40,435 nucleotides of DNA from contig JBEKDF010000026.1 in the NCBI GenBank assembly GCA_050014495.1, positions 1 through 40,435 on the forward strand, written 5' to 3'. Origin of the DNA: Candidatus Bathyarchaeia archaeon. GTDB taxonomy: Archaea; Thermoproteota; Bathyarchaeia; TCS64. Below the pieces are notes generated by a model. The model was not told the DNA's origin and did no database searches. It worked only from the letters and a program-made list of their open reading frames with translations. A program made the translations under genes and the position numbers. Positions within the stretch are counted from its first letter, which is position 1. Each line of letters begins with the position of its first letter. Shown here in pieces: positions 9,136 to 19,773 of the stretch.

Positions 9136-9333
9136 TTAAAACACATCTGTACCCATTCCTCGGGTGCCCTCAATGCTGGTGAAGACGCAGTGTGCTTCAG
9201 ATCCTACTACTATAATAACCTCGTCGACAACAGGCTTGACCTCTCTACAACGTGAGTGACTAGAGACTTCGTTCAGCATAGCTAGACCCTTGTCTCCACC
9301 CATTTGGCTGGACCTCTCCCCGGAAAGTATCAC
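9136..9333 (-). pseudogene. N-terminal remnant of a MobA-like nucleotidyltransferase
   Basis: VILSGERSSQMGGDKGL resembles ILAGGxSxRMGxDK, followed by VVDEVIIVVGSE; the rest of the gene is absent. Confidence 0.7.
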
Positions 9334-9460
9334 AGCAAGACCTCAAAATAACCACCCCTGAGAGAGCCGAGCCAATGGAGTATTGACCCGCAAACGCTGA
9401 TTAAATTGACTTTGGCATCGTCTCCATAGCTTCAAGTACACAGTCGTCGAGTCGAAATCC

Positions 9461-10801
9461 ATGATTCAATGGTGGTTATACATCTCGAAGGAAGACATCC
9501 AGTCTGAGAGGCTTCAGTGCACGCAAGAGGGTAAGGACCTCACCCCCCTTGAGGAGGAATTCAGGCGGGTCGAGGCGCTGGAACTCACCGACCCATTGAA
9601 TCAACCTGCGGCGCAGGCCCTTCTTGACGCTAGTATCGCCCTCCCGACCCGCATTGGGTACCCTTACCATGAGCCCTCGACGCTTGAGGAAATAAAGGCC
9701 ACACGTCCAAAGAGAAAGGGCAAACTCACAGTGCTGAGCCAAAATAGGGGTCAGCTATTCGATAAGATCTATGGCGCTTGGCTCGGGCGCGTCTCTGGCT
9801 GTCTCTTGGGGAAACCCGTTGAGAGGTGGATGAGAACGCAACTCTGGGGATATCTCAGGGATACGGGTCAGTTCCCACTCAGGAATTACATCAGCGTTGA
9901 TGTCTCCAAGGAGATCCTCGAGAGGTACGATGTAAACCCCAAAGGGTGCTTCATAGAGAATATTGACCATATACCCGAGGACGATGACACGAACTACACA
10001 ACCATCGGCCTAGCAGTCATGAAAAAGCATGGCAGAGGCTTTACTCCTCTCGATGTAGCCAATTTCTGGTTGCAGGAGCTTCCAATTCTCCACACATTCA
10101 CGGCTGAACGCGTCGCCTATAGAAACCTCTGCCTCCTCATTCCTCCGGGAGCTTCAGCTTCTCACAGGAATGTACACAGAGAATGGATTGGAGCACAGAT
10201 TAGAGCAGACTTCTGGGGATACTCTGCGCCCGGTGATCCAGAACTTGCAGCAGAGTACGCGTGGAGGGACGCTTCCATCTCCCATGTGAAGAACGGGATC
10301 TACGGGGAGATGTGGGCATCAGCCATGATCTCCGCAGCATTCACAACGGACGACTTAATGGAGATCATCGACGCGGGCCTCACTCAGGTACCAGCTCGCT
10401 GCCGCCTCGCCAATGAGGTAAGGGAAATGATTGAGTGGAAGAAGGAGGGTATTACTTACGAAGATGCTGTTGAGCGCATACACTCTATCTGGGACGAGAA
10501 AAGGCTACACGATTGGTGCCACACGATAAGTAATGCCCGGATAGTCACCCTCGGTCTCCTTTGGGGAGGCGGCGACTTTGGAGAAAGTATCACAAAGGCT
10601 GTTCAGCCTGGCTTCGATACGGATTGCAATGGTGCAACCGTTGGCTCAATTATTGGAGCAATCCATGGAGCATCCAAGATCCCTGAAAAATGGACTCGAC
10701 CATTCAACGATACCCTGGAGACGGGTGTGTCCGGTTACCACCGCGTCAACCTCAGGGAGATAGCGGAGGAGACGATGCGCCTCATAGAGGCACAATCTTA
10801 A
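9461..10801 (+). CDS. ADP-ribosylglycohydrolase family protein
   Basis: Motifs IYGAWLG, EDDDTNY, IGAQIRAD and DTDCNGATVGSIIG. Confidence 0.92.
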   Translation: MIQWWLYISKEDIQSERLQCTQEGKDLTPLEEEFRRVEALELTDPLNQPAAQALLDASIALPTRIGYPYHEPSTLEEIKATRPKRKGKLTVLSQNRGQLFDKIYGAWLGRVSGCLLGKPVERWMRTQLWGYLRDTGQFPLRNYISVDVSKEILERYDVNPKGCFIENIDHIPEDDDTNYTTIGLAVMKKHGRGFTPLDVANFWLQELPILHTFTAERVAYRNLCLLIPPGASASHRNVHREWIGAQIRADFWGYSAPGDPELAAEYAWRDASISHVKNGIYGEMWASAMISAAFTTDDLMEIIDAGLTQVPARCRLANEVREMIEWKKEGITYEDAVERIHSIWDEKRLHDWCHTISNARIVTLGLLWGGGDFGESITKAVQPGFDTDCNGATVGSIIGAIHGASKIPEKWTRPFNDTLETGVSGYHRVNLREIAEETMRLIEAQS

Positions 10802-10828
10802 ACTGGCTGAGCCACTCGTTGAGCTCAT

Positions 10829-11206
10829 ATGTCCAAAATATTCAAGGCTCAGGAAGCAAGGAAATCCACAAACCCCGGCGTCAACGATATGTATTGGCTA
10901 GTCGACAAAGACCTTGGTGCCACTCGGATTATGGCTGTGCTCTATGAATACCAGCCTAACTTCATAACTAAGAGGGTTCACTACCATGAGAGGAGAGAGA
11001 GTGCTTACTTCATCCTCGAGGGTGAGGCTAAAATCCACCTCAACGGGATGGAGCACATCCTCCAGCCAGGTGACGTCGCCTACCTCTCACCAAAGGATAT
11101 TCATGGCGTGGTGGGATCTGGCCCGAAAGGGCTCAAGATGATCGAGATCTGGGCCCCTCAAGAGAAGGATGTCATTTACCTTGAAGATGGTAAAGTCGTT
11201 GACTGA
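10829..11206 (+). CDS. Cupin domain protein
   Basis: HYHERRESAYFILEG...LQPGDVAYLSPKDIHGV cupin motifs. Confidence 0.9.
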   Translation: MSKIFKAQEARKSTNPGVNDMYWLVDKDLGATRIMAVLYEYQPNFITKRVHYHERRESAYFILEGEAKIHLNGMEHILQPGDVAYLSPKDIHGVVGSGPKGLKMIEIWAPQEKDVIYLEDGKVVD

Positions 11207-11262
11207 AGATTGTTAGTCTGACACACGCTCGATTGAAGGTATTTTCATTCGGCGAAATATTC

Positions 11263-12540
11263 TCATTTGATAGGAAGATCTGATACAAACCAACTAAGAG
11301 GTTTGTACCCTGATGCACTGTTTGTGGCAGTCTTGTTCCACTCTGGTGTAGGTTTGAAGTAACCCAATTCGGGATATTTCAGATGATTCACTATGACCTC
11401 TTCATTCAGATCCACTCCGAGACCCGGCTTTTCTGGAACGTTGACGTAGCCATTCACCATCAGCGGGTCAGGTAATCCAGTAACGAGATCCTTCCACCAG
11501 GGTATATCGAGACCATGGTGTTCTAGCGCAACGAAGTTGTGGATAGCAGCTGCGACGTGGATGTTCGCCATGAAGGAAATTGGGGATCCAGCAAAATGTT
11601 GGACAGTTGACATTGAGCTCTTCTCCTCAGCGTAATCAGCTATCTTCTTAGTTTCGCGAATCCCGCCGGCGGTGGCTAAGTCAGGTTGGATTAAATCAAC
11701 TGCGCGTTTGTCTATGATCTCACGGAATCCATCCAACGAGAACAGACCTTCACCAATCAATGTAGGCGTCCTAATTGCGCGTGTTATTTCAATCATACCA
11801 TCTACATCATATTCTGGACGCATATCTTCAAGCCAGGCTAGGTTAAACTTCTCTAGAGTGTTGCCTACACGGATGCAGTCTTTAACGCTGAGGGGACCAA
11901 GATGATCTATGGCTAGGGGGATCTCCCAGCCAATGGCTTCTCTTACAGCTGCGACGCAGGACGCCATGTAAGCTATTCCCTTCTCGGTGGGTCGGTTGTC
12001 TGTTAACGAATCAGTGATCCTTGCCTCCTGAAGGACATCTATTCCCATGTCGAATTTGATGAAGGTTAGTCCCGCTCTTTTTCTCTGTAGGGCTCTTTCA
12101 GCGAAGCATTGTGGGGTAGGGTCCACTGGAGCAGGTGTGTCGGCATAGATGCGAATTTTGTCTCTGTACTTTCCGCCTAGGAACTGATAGACCGGTACCT
12201 CGTATACCTTACCAATAATATCCCAGAGGGCCATCTCGATGGCGCTAATTCCCCCACTTTCTCTGCCACCTTGGCCACTAAAACCATTTTTTCGTTGGCC
12301 AGTACGACCTTTCATTTCTCGAAAAAGTGCTTCGATGTTCATAGGATTCTGGTCGAGTAACATACCCTTGAACTGGAGAGCATACTCTCTGTTCCCCGCG
12401 TCTCTGACTTCACCAAGCCCGTATACGCCCTGATTGGTGTCGATCCGAATTATAGGGTAATCAAAGTTGGAGGCTATTATTACAGTACGCAGGTCTGTAA
12501 TCTTCAGGGTAGATGGGTTATAACTTTCATGATTTACCAT
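11263..12540 (-). CDS. Mandelate racemase/enolase-superfamily dehydratase
   Basis: Motifs ISAIEMALWDIIGK, LGGKYRDKIRIY, WLED, IGE, QPD and PEKPGLGV. Confidence 0.92.
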   Translation of the reverse strand: MVNHESYNPSTLKITDLRTVIIASNFDYPIIRIDTNQGVYGLGEVRDAGNREYALQFKGMLLDQNPMNIEALFREMKGRTGQRKNGFSGQGGRESGGISAIEMALWDIIGKVYEVPVYQFLGGKYRDKIRIYADTPAPVDPTPQCFAERALQRKRAGLTFIKFDMGIDVLQEARITDSLTDNRPTEKGIAYMASCVAAVREAIGWEIPLAIDHLGPLSVKDCIRVGNTLEKFNLAWLEDMRPEYDVDGMIEITRAIRTPTLIGEGLFSLDGFREIIDKRAVDLIQPDLATAGGIRETKKIADYAEEKSSMSTVQHFAGSPISFMANIHVAAAIHNFVALEHHGLDIPWWKDLVTGLPDPLMVNGYVNVPEKPGLGVDLNEEVIVNHLKYPELGYFKPTPEWNKTATNSASGYKPLSWFVSDLPIK

Positions 12541-12654
12541 TCAAAGTCACTGAGAATTAGAGATTGGTAACGTCTATTAATCGTTCGCGCGCGAACTATT
12601 TCTTAGATAGGCTTTGAAAAAAGAAGATTACCTAAAATTACCGAAAACGGTGTT

Positions 12655-13629
12655 TTATTTTTGAATTTGTAAAATCACAAAAGTGTTTGGTAAAACTGGT
12701 GGTCGGGGTTTTGGTTGTTCAGCTGTTGGCTGAGGAGTCGGACCATATTCTGCAGTTGGAAGAAATAATGAATGAGTCTTCAAATCTATGGTCATAGTAC
12801 GAGCCCCCCGCTGTGTATCAACTGTGTCCAGAACAGTGAAGAAAGTCGGAGACTCTTCGCGAACAATGGTCATTGTACCCTCCCCATTGGAGCTGAAGGC
12901 TAGTTTCCTCTCGGGATCAAACATACATCCATCGCAGCCGCCACCAATCGGTAATGAGGTGAGTATTGTTCCATCGTCAGCATCTAACACGATCATTAAT
13001 TTGTTACGGCACACCGAGAAAAGGCGACGATTCTCCGTGTCGATTGCAAGTCCCGTTGGGGATTCCCCTGGAGATATGGGCCAATTTGAGAGAATTTCAA
13101 GTGTCTTGGAGTCGATTGTCATGACCGCACTTGTATCCTCATTATTGACGTAGACGTGACCCAACCCGTCTGCAACCGAGAACTCAGGTTTGCCACCGAG
13201 TGGAATAGTCGCAATCAATTCCCCGGTAGCCGCATCGATCACTGAGGCGTCGTGGCTTATACCGTTAAAAACGAACACTCTCTTTGAGAATGGGTCAAAG
13301 CGGATAGCATCAGGGTTTCTGCCCACAGCAATCTCTCCGATAACTTTCAGAGTATTCAGGTCGAAGATGCTTACAGTTGAGGCTCGGCCATTACTCGTGA
13401 AACCTCGTCCAAATTCGCTTGCAATGGCTACGCCATGTATTCCTTCTGTTTTGGTAACTTCACCTATCAGATTGAGGGTGTCCGCGTTTAGAACGTGAAC
13501 TCTGTCGTTGTGGGTAACATAAAGTCGACGTGAGGCATCGTCGACTGTTAAGTAGTCCCACCCTCCCTCCCCGCCTAGGAGGAGCTTTTTATTTAAATGA
13601 TATCCCGACGGAGATTGTTTGTCATCCAT
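12655..13629 (-). CDS. YncE/YVTN-type beta-propeller protein
   Basis: GGEGGWDYL start, repeated propeller blades, GGKPEF, TQRGARTM. Confidence 0.88.
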   Translation of the reverse strand: MDDKQSPSGYHLNKKLLLGGEGGWDYLTVDDASRRLYVTHNDRVHVLNADTLNLIGEVTKTEGIHGVAIASEFGRGFTSNGRASTVSIFDLNTLKVIGEIAVGRNPDAIRFDPFSKRVFVFNGISHDASVIDAATGELIATIPLGGKPEFSVADGLGHVYVNNEDTSAVMTIDSKTLEILSNWPISPGESPTGLAIDTENRRLFSVCRNKLMIVLDADDGTILTSLPIGGGCDGCMFDPERKLAFSSNGEGTMTIVREESPTFFTVLDTVDTQRGARTMTIDLKTHSLFLPTAEYGPTPQPTAEQPKPRPPVLPNTFVILQIQK

Positions 13630-13767
13630 TTTGTATCAAGAAATTTGAGGCTGCTGATGAATTTAAAACATGGTAAAAAAGCGCTCAAGCCCTCACCCAC
13701 ACTACAACAAGTATTGGGCGCAAAAGAATATACACTCGTACTAAGCTGAGACAACCGTATCTTCATC

Positions 13768-15174
13768 ATGACCAATTATTGCAAAGTGACCCAAGAGATC
13801 TTACAGGAGCTCGAGGGCATTGTAGGTTCAAAAAGCATCTCGATTCTAAGTGAAGACCTCGAGAAACACAGCAAGGATGAGAGCCTTGAGCCTCCTCACA
13901 CTCCTGAAGTGATCTTGTATCCAATGAGTACAGGCGAGATATCAGCGGTTATGAAAATAGCTTCCACTTATAACATCCCAGTGACACCACAGGGATCCAG
14001 AACCGGCCTCAGTGGCGGAGCCCACCCCATTTATGGGGGAATAGCTCTCAGCCTCGAACGAATGACAAAGATCTTGGAGATCGATGAGGCAAACCTAATG
14101 ACCGTAGTCGAACCAGGCGTCCTCATCATGGATCTTCACGCAGAGACAGAGAAGAGGGGTCTCATGTATCCTCCGGACCCAGGTCAAGAGTCCGGTAGTC
14201 TCGGAGGGAACATCTCCACCAATGCCGGTGGCGTCAAGGGTATGAAATATGGAGTTACGAGAGACTTTGTTCAAGCACTCGAGGTGGTCCTGCCTAGTGG
14301 AGAGGTTCTCTCATTCGGGGGAAGGCATGTTAAAAACTCGACGGGATATGAATTAATCGACCTTATAGTTGGCTCGGAAGGAACATTGGGGGTAGTATCG
14401 AAGATTACACTAAGGCTTATTCCGAAGCCAAAAAACACCGCAATAATCTATGTCCCATTCAAATCTGCGAGGGCTGCAGCAAGAACCGTCTCCGAGATCG
14501 TAAGTAGGAAAGTGGTACCATACGCCTTAGAGTACGTTCCCCAACATGCAATATTGACAGCTGAACGCTTCCTAGAGAGGACGCTGCCTGAACACGATCA
14601 CCCAGCCTATCTCATCGTTGGCGTGGACGGGAATAGCGACAACGAGATAGATAGACAACTCGAGATCGTTGGGGAGGTATGCCTTGAGATGGGGGGAGCA
14701 GACGCGTATCTTGCAGATACCGCATTGAGACAGCAGCAGTTATGGGAGGCGAGGAAGCGGCTCTTCGAGGCTTACAAGGCGTTCTATGAGATCGATGAGG
14801 TGGATGCATGCGTCCCGAGAAGTCGGTTCCCCGATTACGTTGAGGGCGCTGATGAAATCTCGCAGAGACTAGGTATCCTGATCTCGACGATTGGCCATGC
14901 GGGAGATGGCAACGCCCATAGCATCATAGCACGCGAGCAAAACGAAGACAGGGGTGTCTGGCTGAAGAAGCTAGACATCGCGATCGACGAATTAATTGAA
15001 CTTAGCCTAGGATTGGGAGGTACCATCTCGGGTGAGCATGGTGTCGGTTACTCTAAAAAGAAGTATTTAGTCAGGAAGGTTGGCGAGACACAGATAAATC
15101 TAATGAGGATGATTAAGCGAGGTTTTGACCCTCAAAATATATTAAACCCGGGGAAGGTTTTTGATTTATCTTAA
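13768..15174 (+). CDS. FAD-linked 2-hydroxyacid oxidoreductase (GlcD/D-lactate dehydrogenase family)
   Basis: Motifs GSRTGLSGG, GGNISTNAGG, GSEGTLG, GHAGDGNAH, SGEHGVG and DPQNILNPGK. Confidence 0.93.
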   Translation: MTNYCKVTQEILQELEGIVGSKSISILSEDLEKHSKDESLEPPHTPEVILYPMSTGEISAVMKIASTYNIPVTPQGSRTGLSGGAHPIYGGIALSLERMTKILEIDEANLMTVVEPGVLIMDLHAETEKRGLMYPPDPGQESGSLGGNISTNAGGVKGMKYGVTRDFVQALEVVLPSGEVLSFGGRHVKNSTGYELIDLIVGSEGTLGVVSKITLRLIPKPKNTAIIYVPFKSARAAARTVSEIVSRKVVPYALEYVPQHAILTAERFLERTLPEHDHPAYLIVGVDGNSDNEIDRQLEIVGEVCLEMGGADAYLADTALRQQQLWEARKRLFEAYKAFYEIDEVDACVPRSRFPDYVEGADEISQRLGILISTIGHAGDGNAHSIIAREQNEDRGVWLKKLDIAIDELIELSLGLGGTISGEHGVGYSKKKYLVRKVGETQINLMRMIKRGFDPQNILNPGKVFDLS

Positions 15175-15193
15175 CGCAGATAAGCACAGGTGT

Positions 15194-16444
15194 TTAGAGA
15201 ACTTTTTTCCTTGAAAGGTACTCATAAGCGGACGCTAAATGCACTTTTGTGACATGGATGAGCTCATCAACCTCCGCGTACTCGTCGACTGTGCCCATCC
15301 CGTGGTTTGTCAACCCATAATAATAACTTGGTATGCCAAGTGCCCTCCAGAATTTTAGGTCGCTTCCGCCTAGACTAACTATGGGCTTGGGGTCAACGCC
15401 GAGGAGACGTGCATTACCCCTAATGATCTCAGCCATCTCCCCATCCGGCTGGCTCCATAGAGGTTCATCATATCTAATCACCTCCACCTCAGCCTCCGGA
15501 TACGTTCCTAGAATCTTGTTAACTTGGCTCATTACATTCTCCTTAGCCAACCCCGGCGGTAGCCTGAGATCAACCTCAAAGACACACTCCCTAGGGATCA
15601 CGTTCACCTTAACTCCTCCAGAGACCACGCCGATGTTCACGCTGACCTTCGACATGATGTCGGCTCCACCTCTACCCAGAGCCCTCTCAGCAGCGCCCCT
15701 ACCTTCCTCTAATGCCTTAGTCAGGTTCTCTGGGTATGACACAAGGATGTCCTTCAACGCCTCCAGATCGATGATTAGTTTGGAGGCTATCTTAATTGCA
15801 TTAGTGCTCGTATGTGGATATGCGCCATGGCCACCTGGTGTCCTAATTGTCACTCTCAGCCAGAGGATCCCCTTCTCACCAAACCTCAGAGTGTAGGGGC
15901 TACTAGGCTCAACGGTGACACAACAGTCACCCATAACCTCAGGCACGTTCTCTACCAGCCACCCTGATCCGAGTCTCCCACCGGACTCCTCGTCGCTGAC
16001 CACAGCAAGAGTTGCACCACCATCCAGCTCATCAATCAGCTCGTGCAGAATGGCGTAGGTATAGATCATTGCCGTTGTCCCGGCTTTCATGTCACATGCT
16101 CCACGTCCGTAGATCCTGCCTTCGAGGAGCTCACCTCCCCAGGGGTCATGGCTCCAACCGGCACCGTCACCCACAGGGAATACGTCCATGTGGCCGTTGA
16201 GCACCAACCTACGCGCCTGCCCTGCTGAAAAGCTAGAGACGATATTGGGTTTTTCTTCGTCAGGTCCAACTACCTTGAACGGAATGCCTTTCCTCTCTAA
16301 ATAACTCGTGACATATGCTGCTGCATTTTTAGTATCCCCGGGTGGGTTAGGACTCCTAGCCCTAAGGAACCCCCTGAGGAAATCGACCAGCTCATCTCGA
16401 TCGGTTTCAACTCTCTTGAAAAGCCTGTCTTTAACATCTGACAA
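15194..16444 (-). CDS. M20 family metallopeptidase/deacylase (ArgE/DapE-like)
   Basis: Motifs NGHMDV, GRGACDMK, SDEESG and GGSD. Confidence 0.92.
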   Translation of the reverse strand: MSDVKDRLFKRVETDRDELVDFLRGFLRARSPNPPGDTKNAAAYVTSYLERKGIPFKVVGPDEEKPNIVSSFSAGQARRLVLNGHMDVFPVGDGAGWSHDPWGGELLEGRIYGRGACDMKAGTTAMIYTYAILHELIDELDGGATLAVVSDEESGGRLGSGWLVENVPEVMGDCCVTVEPSSPYTLRFGEKGILWLRVTIRTPGGHGAYPHTSTNAIKIASKLIIDLEALKDILVSYPENLTKALEEGRGAAERALGRGGADIMSKVSVNIGVVSGGVKVNVIPRECVFEVDLRLPPGLAKENVMSQVNKILGTYPEAEVEVIRYDEPLWSQPDGEMAEIIRGNARLLGVDPKPIVSLGGSDLKFWRALGIPSYYYGLTNHGMGTVDEYAEVDELIHVTKVHLASAYEYLSRKKVL

Positions 16445-16610
16445 GCGGAATCAATTAAACAAGCCAGTGTAGGGTTAAAGACTAACGGATTCAAATTCAG
16501 TTTTGTTTCCTAAATCGCGCGTGCCAATGCGTGATCTACTCCTGTTGGCGTTGCTCATCGAAAGCTGATCTAGAAAATCGCGCGTACCTACCATAGCTAA
16601 TTTAGTTTCG

Positions 16611-19205
16611 TTATTGTTCTTTTTGAGAGAGACCACGCGCCACTATTCTCTTCTCAAGTAGATCCTTATGAGCCTTGACAGGTTTACTGACTTGATCTGG
16701 CAAATTAGTTGATCTCAGCAACTCATCAGTTTTAGCTACTATATCTTCCTCAGCGTGGTTGGGAAACATTAGTCTCGCAAAATTTAACATATACTCAATT
16801 GATTTGATGTCCACAAATTTGGGGATGTAGTCGAAATAGGGGTTAATCGCGAAACGTGTCAGCTCCTCCTGTCCGAGTTGATGGAAGCCAGCCATAGCGA
16901 TTCGTAGCTTAGCTACGGGGATTTTGCCTGAGTCGTCGCTCTCCGAGATTATTTTATCCAACCATTTCTTCTTGATCTCAAGGTTTGGTATAGATACCTC
17001 GGCTCCAATGGCGTTTTTCTGGCCGGAATCCGTGTAGTCTCTCTCCAATTCTTTTGAAATGATCAATTTAGCAGATTCGATGTCTGTGGTGTTCCTGACA
17101 ACCATTGAGACCATCTCCCACCTACGCACCTGGTCAATCTTGAGACCACGGTAATCGGATTTGTCCTCAGTGAGAACGGCCCTGAACTCATCCAGATTCC
17201 CGCTGCTCCGAGACATCCCCATAAGCGTTTGGAAATATATCAGCTGTGTAATGCTACCGCCCTCAGCCCCCATAAAACCCGTCCTCAGGAACCCCTCGAT
17301 CTCTGACCAGTATTTTTGCCTGACTTTGTCGGCCATGTAGCCGAGGGAATCCACTAGGTGACCGAGCAGTGTCCTGAGCACGAGTTCATCCTTCTCCGCG
17401 GATGCTTGGGCTAATACTATGTCTGCGAATCTCTGTGCTGAAAGCTTGGTTTCTCTAACCATCCACCAGAGCGTATCCCACAGCATCTCCCGAGGCATAG
17501 GGTCCCTGATCGTGGATGTCCATTTTTTAGCGGCTTCGAGGCTATGTTCGTCGAGTTTAATCCGCACATAGTCGTAGTCGAGGTAATTCGGGAACACTAG
17601 GGCTGGACACGGTAACCCTCGTGCGTCGCTGACCTCTGTCGTCTCGTCCAAGTAGGTGGCGGGGAGGACTTCTTTGGCGATTAATTCGTCTTTCTCCTTA
17701 TAGTATAGGGCGATTTGCGTTCTGTGAGTCCTCAAAATGTGGCTGGATTCATCTGTAGTCTGGATCAGGTTTAGCTTAGCGATCTCTTCGCCTGCGCAGA
17801 TGTAGTTCGCCTCTAGTGTGTTTGTGCCGCTTGATCCGAGCCACTCTGACTCCCACTTGCTGAGGTCCATCCCGGCGGCTTCACCGAGTTCTCTGAGGAA
17901 GTCCGATCTCGTCGCGTTGCTGAACGCGTACTTCCTGAAGTATTCGCCGAGGCCCTTCCTGAAGCTCGTCTCAGATATGAAGTAGACGAGCTGCTTAAGC
18001 ACAGAGGCGCCTTTCCCGTATGTTATCCCGTCGAAGTTGGCCTCCGCCGCGTCTGTATCATCCGCCTGCGTGATGATTGGGTGAGTGGTTGACTTGATCT
18101 CGTCCTCCAAATACGCCCAGTTCTTCATTCCCCGATAGAACTCGTGCCATGGGTTTGGGAGATCCAGGGACCCGTTATTTTCGTTTATGGCCCAATACGC
18201 CATGTAAGTAGCGAAGCTTTCATTCAGCCACAGGTCGTCCCACCACTTCATGGTGACTAGGTCACCGAACCACATGTGTGAGAGCTCGTGCAGCAGCGTC
18301 TCGGCGGTTCCCAGCCTCATCAGCGGGGTGACCACCGATGCCCGGCTCAGATTGCTCTCGCTGAAGGTCACGGCTGCCACGTTCTCCATCGCGCCCTCGT
18401 TGAAGTCCGGTACGAGTATCTGGTCGTATTTTCGGTTGCCGGGTCTCCCGAATGGGTATGGGTGGCCGAATTTCTCCTCGTAGAACTCGAAACCAATCTT
18501 GGTCGTCTTCAGCCATTCCTCGCTGCGGACGTACTTCGCCAACGATGCGCGGGCGAATAGCCGGAACTCGATATCCCTCCAGGTTGAGCCCCAGACCGTG
18601 TATGGTCCGCCTATTAGCGCGAATAGGTATGTGCTGAAGCGCTGGGACTCGGGGAAGACCCATGTAGCTACCCCATCTACGGACTTGATCTCTGCCTCCT
18701 TCTCATTTGAGATGACTTTCCATTCAATAGGCGCCTGTACTGTCACCGTATAGGTCGCCTTGAGGTCGGGTTGATCGAAGCAGGGGAAGACCTGGTTAGC
18801 ATTGTATGGTTCCAAGTTGGTGTAGACGTAGACTTTGTGATCGTATGGGTCTTGGAAGTGGTGTAGTCCGTCCCCCGTTTTGCTGTAGGGGTGGCTGAAG
18901 TTGATCTCAATCCGATTATATTTACCGATCTTTAAGCTGATGTTCTTGATCGTTATCCTTTTTCCATCGTATTGGTTGGCTCCTTCTTGGCCATTGATTT
19001 TGATGGTTTTTATCTCCCCCCCTGAAAAGTCCAGGAAGATTGACTCGTCTCCGGCTTCTCTGAGAAGGAAGTTTATGCGGGTGTTACCGGTGAATTCTTC
19101 ATCGTTTTCGCCGAGGTTAAAATAGAGGTTGTACTTCACGTCGGCTATTTGTTGAAACCGTTTTTCGGCTTCGCTTTTCGTGAGGTGAGCCCTTGCGTCG
19201 GTCAT
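16611..19205 (-). CDS. pepN: Aminopeptidase N (M1 family)
   Basis: Motifs GAMEN, HELSH...WWDDLWLNESFA and FDGITYGKG. Confidence 0.95.
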   Translation of the reverse strand: MTDARAHLTKSEAEKRFQQIADVKYNLYFNLGENDEEFTGNTRINFLLREAGDESIFLDFSGGEIKTIKINGQEGANQYDGKRITIKNISLKIGKYNRIEINFSHPYSKTGDGLHHFQDPYDHKVYVYTNLEPYNANQVFPCFDQPDLKATYTVTVQAPIEWKVISNEKEAEIKSVDGVATWVFPESQRFSTYLFALIGGPYTVWGSTWRDIEFRLFARASLAKYVRSEEWLKTTKIGFEFYEEKFGHPYPFGRPGNRKYDQILVPDFNEGAMENVAAVTFSESNLSRASVVTPLMRLGTAETLLHELSHMWFGDLVTMKWWDDLWLNESFATYMAYWAINENNGSLDLPNPWHEFYRGMKNWAYLEDEIKSTTHPIITQADDTDAAEANFDGITYGKGASVLKQLVYFISETSFRKGLGEYFRKYAFSNATRSDFLRELGEAAGMDLSKWESEWLGSSGTNTLEANYICAGEEIAKLNLIQTTDESSHILRTHRTQIALYYKEKDELIAKEVLPATYLDETTEVSDARGLPCPALVFPNYLDYDYVRIKLDEHSLEAAKKWTSTIRDPMPREMLWDTLWWMVRETKLSAQRFADIVLAQASAEKDELVLRTLLGHLVDSLGYMADKVRQKYWSEIEGFLRTGFMGAEGGSITQLIYFQTLMGMSRSSGNLDEFRAVLTEDKSDYRGLKIDQVRRWEMVSMVVRNTTDIESAKLIISKELERDYTDSGQKNAIGAEVSIPNLEIKKKWLDKIISESDDSGKIPVAKLRIAMAGFHQLGQEELTRFAINPYFDYIPKFVDIKSIEYMLNFARLMFPNHAEEDIVAKTDELLRSTNLPDQVSKPVKAHKDLLEKRIVARGLSQKEQ

Positions 19206-19302
19206 CCTTTTCAGATATCAGCTTGGAAAGGCAAGTTAAAAATCGAATAGCTCGCGACCATAAATTTAAACCACATTATCGGGCAAATCTATTTCGGTTA
19301 TA

Positions 19303-19554
19303 ATGAAAGAAGAGAAACAGAGGCCAAAGAAGGTACTCAACAATGCGAAAGAGATACTGGATAAGAAGGCAAATGGTAAGAGAATCGACTTTGTCGTAAC
19401 TTATGAAGTGGAGGGATCCAGATCCAAGAAACAGAGGGTACACGCTTATTCGAAGGAAGAGGCGGAGGAGATAATGACCACGAAACTAGAATCACAAGTA
19501 TCAGGAGGGGAGATCAATGGTTTTAAAATCATCTTGGTAGAAATAGAAAACTAA
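19303..19554 (+). CDS. Small hypothetical protein
   Basis: 83-aa ORF preceded by a TTTAAA TATA-like box; typical codon composition. Confidence 0.65.
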   Translation: MKEEKQRPKKVLNNAKEILDKKANGKRIDFVVTYEVEGSRSKKQRVHAYSKEEAEEIMTTKLESQVSGGEINGFKIILVEIEN

Positions 19555-19773
19555 CCATTATAACATATTCATAAATCTTAATCCAATAGCCCATTAATTT
19601 CTGCGTAGTGTAAAAACAGGTCAATTGGTATTTATTGGGGAGCGCGCACGAACGAGAGAGCGTGCGACGCCAATCACATCGAAATAGCTGAACAGACATT
19701 TGGAACCTATGATCGGCATCTGCTCGACGAAGTCGTGAGGCAACTATGAAGCTGGTTTGACCCATTACCATTA

